In this document: positions 1 to 30,735 of the stretch, one piece after another
Position numbering within the stretch: position 1 is the first letter of the stretch
Layout: every line of letters begins with the position of its first letter
Origin: Lama guanicoe
Taxonomy: Eukaryota
Direction: 5' to 3'
Assembly: GCA_013239625.1 (NCBI GenBank)
Contig: MU054472.1
Coordinates: forward strand, 1,281,356-1,345,355
Length of the DNA stretch: 64,000 bases
Position numbers and translations under genes: made by a program
Notes under the pieces: model-generated
The model's input: only the letters and a program-made list of their open reading frames with translations
Told to the model about the DNA's origin: nothing
Databases searched by the model: none

Positions 1-1069
1 CCGGCCCGACTCAGGCTGCATCGAGAAGCCTCTGTGAGAAGAGCAGCTGCCTCCACAGTTATCTCCGAATTCAGCTGAACAGTTTTTGCCAAACACTCCT
101 CGGTCTCCCAGCTGAGCCAGCAGGAAGAAGTCCCCGTGATCACCTACGCAGATGCTGTGACCTTGCCCCGGAGTGGAGGTGGCAGGTGGGAGGAGGGCGG
201 GGGCTCTGCTGATTGGTTGGCGCCAGGGGAGGACTGTTCTGCCTTTTTCCTTTGTGGCTGCAAAGAGAGCATGGTTCAAGAGTGCGGTTAGAAGGAAACC
301 CATCCCGAGAAGAGCCTCCATCGTCCCAGCTCTCGGCCACGGGATGCAGCAACAGTTTTCGTCAGAGAATAAAAAGAAATAAGAGTGAAGTGATACCCAC
401 AGTCCATTCACCTTCTAGAATCCTCTTTCATCTAAAGGTTCCATGCCCCTTTCTCCTGACACCTCTGCTGTTCTCTCATCTGTGTACTAGAAAAATCCTA
501 GCTCCCTTAAAGCCACTGCATTTAGAGTTGGAAATCTTTCCTAGGTCTGTTGTGAAAATTCAGAACACCTCAGTGGTGTTTTCCCACCTCAGTGGTATTA
601 TAAACATGGAAGTTTCCAGACCAGCCCCAAAGTCCTTTTAACCAAATATCCAGTTAAATTAGAGACTATGAGCTGTGGTCTGAGTTCTAGAATCTCAGGC
701 AAGGGATGGCGGAGGGAGAGGGAAGGGAAGCAAGGGATCCCCTCCGCTTCCTGGGTGGGGGGCCTGGGAGCACGGAGCTGCCACCTAGGCTTGGTGCCCT
801 GGATCTCCCCCGGCCCTCCCCTCAAGTGCTGCACCTTCCAAAATCATGTTCTTCCTTGGCCCACAATAAAACCTTCCATCCTGTAGTCAAAGAAGCAGAC
901 AGACGATTTAAAAACAACGTGTGCTTATCCTGGACTGTCAAATGCTTTGGGGCCAGCTGTGCCATGAGTTGGCCTGGTAGCTGAAAAATGTATTAATACC
1001 GGTGAGAGAAAAGATTCATTGCTCTGAAAATGACTCAAAGCCAAGGTGGTAGACAGGCATGGGGACAAG

Positions 1070-1165
1070 AGAGACTGTGTTCCAACGCCAGCTCCCCCAC
1101 CTACTAACTGTGTGAACTTGGGTCTTAACCTTTTTGGGCCTCAGTTTGCATACCTGTAGAAGGGG
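1070..1165 (+). mobile_element. MIR fragment; similar remnants near 2760-2880, 8330-8400, 9450-9540, 24780-24860, 34620-34690 and 47410-47470
   Basis: cacctactaactgtgtgaacttggg...gggcctcagtttgcatacctgtaga resembles the MIR core. Confidence 0.55.
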
Positions 1166-2899
1166 GAGGCTCCCAGCACCACCCTGCAGAGTACTTGTGT
1201 GGACTGAATGAGCTCTTATCTACGTAGACCACTTTGCACCATTTGTTTCTGCGGCACAATGTCCACCTCCCTTCCTGCACTTCAGGCCCTGAAACGGGGC
1301 AGGGTCCGATTCTCTGCACTCTATCTGGTGCTCAGTGAAGATGTGCTGCATTTTGATTTGAGCGCAAAGCCAGCACCCTTGCTCTCTTTCCTGACCCTTT
1401 CATTGCTCCTATTTGCCATTTCATTTCTCAAACTGGCCCTAGGGCCCACCAGTAACATCTAGGAAGGGGCCTACTGGGCCTCAGGTGGAGCTTTCTTGCT
1501 GCCATCCTGCTTTGGAGGCTTGTTGTTAAGGAGGACCAGCATTTCCATGAATGAACTGAAGCATCGCCTTCCCAACCACAAGCTTTCATCTCAGCACGTG
1601 GCGCCATCGCACACCCCCCTGAAGCCCCGCCCTGCTAAGGAGCCTCTGGGTCCAGGGGTTGCCCTGCCCCAGGGTTCCCTCCTCTAGGCTGGCCACCGCT
1701 AACACGGTCTGCACACAGCAGCCCCCAGCATCTTCCTCAGGTACCCCCAGGTCAGATCGCGTCAGCACCTGTTTAGCACCCTTCAGTGGCTGGCTCTCCA
1801 CACACAATCATGTCCCAATCTCTCGGCCAGACATCAAAGTGCCATACTCGTGTGGTCCTGCGAGCTCCCCAGGCATCATCTGTCTTCCTGCCCTCCTGTG
1901 CCTGGGTTGCTTGGCTGTCATTTCCTCTCAGGCCCTGGCACTTCCCTATTCAGCTGGATTCCGGGTGGGACACCAGTTGAGGCCCCATCCGGTGTCTCTG
2001 GGTTCTTCCCTGAAACCATCTGGGCCCTGACTCCTTGGTGCGAAGAGCCAGGCCTTTGGGGCCCCATGCAGCCAGTGCTAGCCTGAGCTTCCTATCTGCC
2101 AGCCAGCATGAAGAAGAGCCGGGGACAGGAGTCAGTCAACTTGATAGAGAAGGAGATCCAGGAAGGGCATGGAAAGTGACTCCTCCCTGGCTGCTAGGCA
2201 GAGTCCGCCTCAGCCCTTGTGCAAGCTGAAAGCAACATGTAATCAAACCCACTTCTCACGTCCACCAGGAAGACCAGGCTGGGTACTTTATGGCCTAGCT
2301 CCTCTGTACCCCAAGCTGCCACAAGACCCTTGTTACATGCCACTCAAAGTTCTTCACAGCATCGCCCCACCACCCCTTTCTGGTTCTGGGGTCTTCGGGG
2401 GAGGCCCTGCAAAGCATGACGATCTCCTGGATAAGAGGGTTAAGACATGCTTAGACTCTCCCGCTCCCTGGGTCTGTATGCATTTAAGCAGGAGCCACTG
2501 TCACCTGGTAACATGGTGTTTTCTTTGGCCTGTAGCAGTTATGACAACTACTCATTGTGCCCCGACCACCCTTGCTGCCCTTCTGCAGATAAGGGGAGAT
2601 GCCAGTCTGAGGGCTGTAACCTGGGAAACCACCAGCAGGAGAGCTCAGTCTGGGCCACCTGGCTGCCCAAGGAGCCTGGAGCAACCACAGTGATTCTTGA
2701 ACTCTGAGGAGAGAATGGCTGAATGTGGACAAGGCTCCTGGAAGCCAGCAGCTCGGCTTCCTTATTTTACAGGAGAAGGACTGGGGGCCAGAGAGGTGAT
2801 GTGAATGGCCAAGGTCACTTAGGGCAGATGGTGACACAGAACTACAGGTGAGGGCTTCTGTCTTCTGGCTGCATGACAGGACTCTTCGGCCTGTCTCAA

Positions 2900-3290
2900 A
2901 CAAATGCTTCCAAATGCATAAAGTAAAACAGAATTACAACATAAATTTAATAGGTTGAAAGGCTGTTATTAAAATACTTTTGAAAATGTGTGACATAGTA
3001 ATGGATGTACTTCTTTACTAGTAAGTTAAATTACAGGATCTACAGGAAGGTTAAAAAACTGCAGTAATTTCAAAGCAGTTATTCTGCCTGCCAGTAGGTC
3101 TTCTAATTTAGTTAATTTCAGGATAGCTACAACAAAAGCTACATGCTCTAAAATGATCTCTCATTTCCTTTGGTGACACAGTCACCAAGCTAACGATCTG
3201 TGCTTTGCGGCCTACACCTGTAATTGTAGGAAAGGACAAATTTCGGCTAGAGGTTGGTGAATGTAAAGATGAAATAAAGATGAGAGAAAC
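2900..3290. mobile_element. Ancient DNA-transposon remnant (hAT/Charlie-type, family uncertain)
   Basis: AT-rich; ...ttggtgacacagtcac...aaatttcggctagaggttggtgaatgtaaagatg is the diverged reverse complement of 36280-36390. Confidence 0.55.
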
Positions 3291-5446
3291 TGAAAAATCA
3301 TCTGTTGTCACCCCAAGATCCTGGACAGCAGCGCATTACAGCCTGCATCTGGCAGTGAGGATGACGGGGCAGCGCCCAGCGGTCTCCAGCACGATTTGGA
3401 ACGTGGGGGTGATGCCAGTACCCACCCCTCAAGGTTGTGAGAACTTACAGTATTGGCGCGAAAAGGCCAGCGATCACCATCCGGGTATTTTGCTTCTCTC
3501 GCTTTGCCAGGGGAAATTCAAATCTTGAAAAATGGCGGACCCGAAAAGCGGCCCTGCGCCTGCGCGCGGGGCGGGGCGCAGGGCTCTGGGAAGCAGGCGG
3601 GGCGGGGTGACGCGAGGTGACGCGGAGGGACAGGGAGCCTTCCCGCGCCCGCCCGCGCGGCCCGGGCGCCGCCGCCCGGGCAGCCCGCCCTGCAGCCGGA
3701 GGGGCGGGGGGCGTCCCGGCGCGCGACGGTCGGGATCATTTCCTTGGAGCGCTGGCGGTCGTGGCGGCACTCCAGCTCGGGGGCGGGGCGGCGGGCCTGG
3801 GAGCCTGGGAGGGCTCCGCCCCGGGCGCCGCGCTCCGGACCGCGTTACCGCCCACTTTCACCCCGCCTCTGGCTCCCCCCCGCGGCGGGCTTCGGGCCGC
3901 CTCTGCTGATGCCGCTGGGTGTGCGGAGCGGGAAAACGTCCGCTCCCCGGCCCGAGGCCTGACTGTAATGTATCCCGTCAGCCACCCTCAGCAACCTGTG
4001 TCCTGTCCGCACTGCTAAAGGCGATTCCTCTGGCGTGTGTCCCTTCAGCGACCCGGGGAGGGGGCAGTACCCAAGGGGGGCGGGGTCAAGCTCGTTTGAG
4101 GCATTCTCATCCGGGCATTCCCCAGATGCCGCAGCCGCCATCTTTGTTTTGTGCTGAAAGTCGTTATTGACGCCCGCGGACGGCCGGGCGAGGGGAAGTG
4201 GCAAGATGGCGGCTCCCAGGGCGGAGGCGTGGACGGGAGATGAGGGGGCCACGAGGCTCGGTACGCCTGTGCCTGACCCGAGCGCTGCCTGACCCCCAGC
4301 CAAGCGCGCAGTGGCCCCGGTTTCTCGCCGCGAAGCAGCCTGGTGTTCCTTTAAGAGGCGTCGGCTGGGAGAAGCTTGCGAGGGTGAGGGGGGGAGACAG
4401 TGACGTCACCCGACCCCGCCCCCTCGCCCGACCGCCGCCGCCGCCATGTTTAGTTGTTACTTCTTCACACAAGATGGCGGCTCCCAGGGAGGAGGCATGA
4501 GCGCCCTGCCGTTACCGCTCCTCCTGCCGTACAGTTGCCACTTCGGGGCCTAACTCTGCTTCTTTGGAGCGGCTTCTGTGGGAAGGAGTCATAAGGAGGG
4601 AAGTGAGGATTGGACGCTGCCTTGCGTTTGGTTTGCAGTGGAAGAACTGAGCCAGGAGGAAGAGAATAGGGGGGAAGGGGGAGCTAGTCTCAAGATGGCG
4701 GCTCCCAGGGCGGCAGGCGCAGCCTGAGCAGCAGAGGCGGACTAAGGGGGGAGGTTCGAGATTTCACGAGCCGTACGGCGCGAGCCTCCGAGCAGCCCTC
4801 GAGAATTCGAACTCGTTCCACTGGCCTCCGGCGCGCCTCTATTCCTTAAGAGTGTCGAAGCTGTTTTGGGAGCGGTAGCTGCNNNNNNNNNNNNNNNNNN
4901 NNNNNNNNNNNNNNNNNNNNNNNNNNNNNNNNNNNNNNNNNNNNNNNNNNNNNNNNNNNNNNNNNNNNNNNNNNNNNNNNNNNNNNNNNNNNNNNNNNNN
5001 NNNNNNNNNNNNNNNNNNNNNNNNNNNNNNNNNNNNNNNNNNNNNNNNNNNNNNNNNNNNNNNNNNNNNNNNNNNNNNNNNNNNNNNNNNNNNNNNNNNN
5101 NNNNNNNNNNNNNNNNNNNNNNNNNNNNNNNNNNNNNNNNNNNTGTAAGTGCGAGCTCCCGGGCAAGTAGTCAGGGCGGCGGGACTCGGCGGCTTCCAGC
5201 TCCTCCGGTCTATGCGCGCAACAGTTTCGGGAGGCTTTTGAGGAGACCGGGTGAGCAAGAAGAAGGCGAAGAGCAGAAGGGAAGGAGAATAGTTAAGATG
5301 GCGGCCTCCATGGAGCAGTCCACCGCTGTGTGAGGAACCGCTTCTCCGTGAAAGCCGCCTTAGACGAAAGGGGGTGTGTGTGACTGGAATCGGGGGGCTG
5401 CATTTTCGCTTGGTGACTTTTTTACACTGCTCCCATTTCCGAAACT

Positions 5447-26104
<20,658 letters not shown>

Positions 26105-28091
26105 GAAGCAGCTGCCGGCACCTGGGCTCTTCTCCAGACCCCCCTCTGCTTCAGGATCGCCACCCGCCAGGGCCTGCCCGTCCCTCCCGCCCGGCGCTCG
26201 CACTTCACCCTCAGAGCCACTGGCTGCTGTTCTCTCTCCCTTTCTCTCTCTCTGTTTTTAAAATAATCTCAAGAAAGCACATTTTACCATTGCTGTTGGG
26301 AGGAAGCGGAAGGTGGACATGGAAGAGCAGCGAGCAAGTGAGAGCGCGGGGTGCCTTCCTCCCCTCTTGGGCCCAGCGCTGGGCCTTCGTTCAGCTGGGA
26401 GCTGAGCTAGAGTCTGGAGGCCCTCAAGGGAGGGATGGAGAAACTGAAAACCAAGGCGATGGAAAGCACGCACCTCCGACGCCTGCACGCCTCATGCTGT
26501 TTGTCTCCCTCATGCTGGAGAGAGCAGCCAAGGCCTGGGGGGGCGGGCTTGGAGACCAAGGAGAGGCGCCCCCCCAGCCCTGTCCCCCGCCTCTGCTCCA
26601 AGAGGCTTTACGGGGCACCCGGGACTGGGTGTCTGTCTGCTATTTTATTTTGTTACCTTAGCATTTCCTGCCCCTCAGCTTATCCAACCCCGTCTCTGCC
26701 CTGCAGTCCCACTGGAAGCTGCCGCGTTTTCTCAAGAGGCCTTCGTCTCCCCTGCCACCTTCTTTTCCATTTAAAAAAGAGAAGAAAGAAAAAAAAAAGG
26801 GGGGTTGGAGAAGGAACCCTGAGGTGGCCTGAGCAGTGTTCTGTGAAAACCTCCTGACTCCCAGTTGGGGCACAGAGAAGCCCCCACCGAGCCTGGCCTC
26901 GGCCTCCCCGGGTCGGGGCTCAGGGCCACATCACCAACTGCTGCATTTGTTGTATTTTTTTTTTAAGTTGAAATTGATGAAGTTAACATTTTTTATTGTA
27001 TTTTTAGCTTCAGTGTGTGGGGTTTTGTCCCTTTTTTTTTTTGTTATTGTTAGCTGTGTACAGAATGTGTATATTTTTTTAACTTTTTTCTTCCTTGGCC
27101 AAGCCTTGGCAGGGATTTTCCTGGAGGAAAAGCTGGGAGCAACCGGGGCAGGAGAGGCCTGGAGTCTCCCCTGTGGGCCTGGTGTTTGCCACCCAGCTCG
27201 ATTTCCTCTTGCTGGCCCCTGCCCTCTACCCCTTCGCCTTTCCCGGGGCCTCTGGGACAAAGGAGGGTGAACTGTCAGGCCTCACTCCCCTGGGGTAACT
27301 GCTCCACACTTAGAGGCTTGAACTTGCCAGTCTGCTGGAGCCTGAAACCAGGTTTCTGAGGAGGATGGCCCGAAGGTGGGGCTGCTGCCTGCTACCCAGT
27401 CCTGGGTTCACAGCACTCTCCATGACCCTCAGGCTCGCTTGCCTGGCATGACCGGCTTAGGGCATCTGACATCTACAACCGCCACTTCCTGCAGCCCCCC
27501 CCCCCAGCGGCAAAGCTGTAAGAAAGGGGGTGCATGATGGAGGGGAACTCAGCCTCAGAGGCAGCCTAGGAGGGCAAGTTGTGTGGTGTCACCTAGTCTA
27601 TGAATTTGCAGTGCAGTCCCCAAGCTGGGCCCATCCTCCTAGGGCCAGACTTGGGCTTGGGGCTCTGCTTGGAGTGGCTAGTGAGACAGCTTTCTGCCCC
27701 ATGCCCAAGCTTTAGGTAAGGAGCGATGCTTGTAAGCAGGTCACACAGAAGGATTTAAAACGAGCAGCCAATCTTTTCAGACCCCCTATCTCTGCTCTGG
27801 AGACGCAGCTGTGGCTGGCGGGACCCCGGCCTCTGCAAACCCCCGCCCCCAGCCCATGCCCTCTGGGGCCTCTGGTTTGTTGTATTATATTATATTTCGC
27901 TGTGGAAAATGTCATGTTTAGTCACCTTGGAGCCCCCTCGCCTGGCCCCATTGTTTTCCCCCCACCCTCTTCCCGAGCGCCCTTTGATTTCTCTTGTTTC
28001 TGAAAACAGTACACCCGTTCATCTATTGTAGAGTAACTCCCCGTGACTCAATATTACCATAGTGCGATGTCGTTTTGTGCTATTTTGAACA

Positions 28092-28116
28092 ATTAAAAGA
28101 CTTTTTTTGAAATAAA
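28092..28116 (+). terminator. HCFC1: HCFC1 poly(A) signals
   Basis: ATTAAA 28092-28097 and AATAAA 28111-28116, followed by GT-rich tgtgttgtgctgtct, about 2 kb after the stop codon. Confidence 0.85.
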
Positions 28117-30499
28117 ATGCTGTGTTGTGCTGTCTGGGATTCCCACAGGACGAGGCTGGACGTGGGAAGCCGGGCCCCCAAGGCTCACTAAACCCTCTGG
28201 GAGCCTCTTGCTTGCAGGGCCTGCTGTGAGCAGGATTCTGCTTCCCAGTTGCTTCCCATGTTTCAGAGTTCTGCCAACTGTGGCCTTGGTCCTGAGCTTC
28301 ACCGCACTGGGACCAGGTTGCCCACAAAAGATCCCGTGGCAGCCAGGGTGCAGTGCACAGGACAAGGGCTCCCTGGGCAGCTGCTGCTTATTCTGTGTGG
28401 AGGCCAGGTCACCTTTCCTCCTCTCAGACCAGAGGACAGGCCAGGGGCAAAGTCTTAGCAGGTCACCAGCCGCCAGTCCCCTTGGGACAGTTGCGCAGGG
28501 CTGTTCCCACCGAAAGCTCGCGGCTGCCAGGGTGTCAACTCTGCAGGACAGACCAGCGTTGCCCATGGGCTGCCTCCCGCCGGTGCTGCCGGAGTGACTC
28601 CTCTGGTCTGACTCCACGCATGTGAGCCAGGGCCCCAAAAGGGAACCAGCAGAACTTCTGTTGAACCAACTGTGACAGTCCCACTATTGGAGTGGGGTGG
28701 TATCACTAGGGTGGGTGGTGTAGCCAGTGTTAGATGGAAAAAATTACTGCTCAGTGCCAACCAGGCAGGAGGCCCAGAGAGCCGGGGCAAGGCTGCCCGA
28801 GGACTGCAGCCTGGTCCCCGTGCTTGTGATAGGGACAGCCCGCCTGCCCCATTTCCCCTTCTTGGCAAGTCGCTCTGGTACCAAAAGCCGCCTCCTCCAT
28901 CTCTGCCTTGTGGGTGTGCTCGTGCTCGTGCAGTTTGGGCTTGTGGGCAGAAGGAAGGCCTGGACGATTCCACCTCACCCTGGGAAGCCTCTCAGAACGA
29001 GCTCCTCTTGGCTCGGGGACTCCAATGGGCTCACGGTGTCTCATAGCCTGTGCAGTCCTGTCAGTCTTGACACCAGAAGCCGCCATGGCTCTGTCTTCCC
29101 CACCACAGAGCCCAGCCACCTCACGCCTCATGGGGGTGCCCAGGGACAGGAGGACGTGGGCCGGCTGGGGTGGAGGGTCCATGGGGAGCGTCCCAGAAGG
29201 GAAGGGGCCGGTGCAAGTCCGCCTCGGGGGTTTCTTCCCTCCCACCCGCCACTGTCCCCACGCTCACTTGTGTGGCACTCCGGAAGGCAAAGGCCACACC
29301 AGCAGTGTCTGGCGCTGATCCCAAAGTACTGGGCTTCAGTCCGAGCACCCCGATCCTCAGCCTCCTGGTGACAGGCCTGCGTAGGGAGAGGCGTGCCTGC
29401 CGGTCCTCACTTGGGGACTGGCCGAGGGCCCGTCCAGTGGACCCGGGGCCAGAGGACGCCCCCATAGGAACCTGGGAACCTTCCACATACCAAGGCTTGT
29501 CCTTAGCTAGGCCTGAGGGAGACAGAGTGCAGGGAAGGCAGGGGAAGGCCAGACCTGAAGGGATATGCCATAGAGAATGACAGGCATCTGCAAGCGGGGG
29601 CAGGCAGACAGAAGCCCAGCTGGGCACAAAGCCAGGACCCCTCTAAGCCTGACAGAGGGTGGAGGGGACGCAGAGCAGCTACAGCACGCACCTACCTGCC
29701 ATCCAGGGAGGCCAGTCTTATTCCTGAGCATCACAAAGAGGAATTGTTTGGCCTTGAGAGGGCCAACACGCAGCAGGAGCTCTGCCCACCAAGCAGCCAT
29801 CGCCTGGAGGGAGGCTGCCACTGTGAGAGACACCAGCACACTGCAGTGGGAGCCGTGGTACCTAGCCCTCTCCACGCCGCTCTGTCCCAGAGCTGCAGGG
29901 ATGAGGCAGGGAGGCTCAGCTACGCTCCAGGCTACAATCCATCCTTCTGGAAGACAGAACGACTGACTCCGAGGTCCAAGTTTTCCCTGAGCCACACTGG
30001 GATCCCAGGGCCCTCAGGTATTCTGGCCCCTGGAAGGCACCCCCTCCACATAATTCTACCCTAGTTGGGGGAAGTAGGGGACAGATTGCCTAGCCAGGCA
30101 GTCACAGAGCCACAAAAACCAGATCTGGGCACTGGAAAATAGGCCTGGAGAACTTGGTGGGCAGAGAGGTCTCAGGATGCCCCCTCTTACCTGCCTAGTT
30201 ACTGTCTGGCCTTCCAGCCACATCACTTGAGCAAAGGAGTCAGGTGGTGAGGAGCTGCTTTGTTAGAGAAGACTTGCCTACCCTGTGGGGCACAGGTCAG
30301 AGGGGCCTCAGGGTTCAAGTATTTCAGGCTGTTCCCTTTCCTGCTGCACCTGGGCCCCACACCCTGCCCTGTCCCTCCCCTTCAGGGCCCCTCTCAAGTT
30401 GGGGAGAGGTGGCCTGAGGAGGAAAGATGGCAGTGCATTCCCCCTTCTCCCTTCCCACCTGACCCAGCCCATCCTGCCAGCTCACCCAGCACTTTCCAT

Positions 30500-30735
30500 C
30501 TTGGGCGGAGGGCGATCAGTAGAGGCCATCGTGGGGCTCCACCGGACTCTGCGGTCCCAAAGAGTCGCGAGTGGGGGCGGAGCCGCGCGCCAGCCAAGTC
30601 CCGCCCCCGCCGCGGGCCCTGCCCCCGGGTCTTGCGGAACCTGGGGGGAGGGGTGGGTGGGGCGCGGCTGGGTCAGCTGAGGGACAGTCACGGGATGAGA
30701 TCTGCTCCCTCAGGCTTCCTGGAGGAGAGGGAGGG
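30500..30735 (+). promoter_or_regulatory. Small CpG-rich promoter of RENBP
   Basis: CpG cluster with GC boxes (GGGGCGGAG ~30573, CCCGCCCC ~30600) just upstream of the exon 1 ATG. Confidence 0.7.

Larger units (their letters stand above)
1..3900 (-). other. TMEM187: Probable non-coding first exon and intron 1 of TMEM187; its CDS lies outside the window
   Basis: Synteny only: in human, TMEM187 is head-to-head with HCFC1. Candidate minus-strand donor GTAAGT at 3443-3448. No TMEM187 coding sequence is seen. Confidence 0.4.

Noticed and set aside
28093-30064. Many 100-214 aa ORFs between HCFC1 and RENBP
   Set aside because: Overlapping in all frames, with composition typical of GC-rich non-coding DNA and no recognisable homology.
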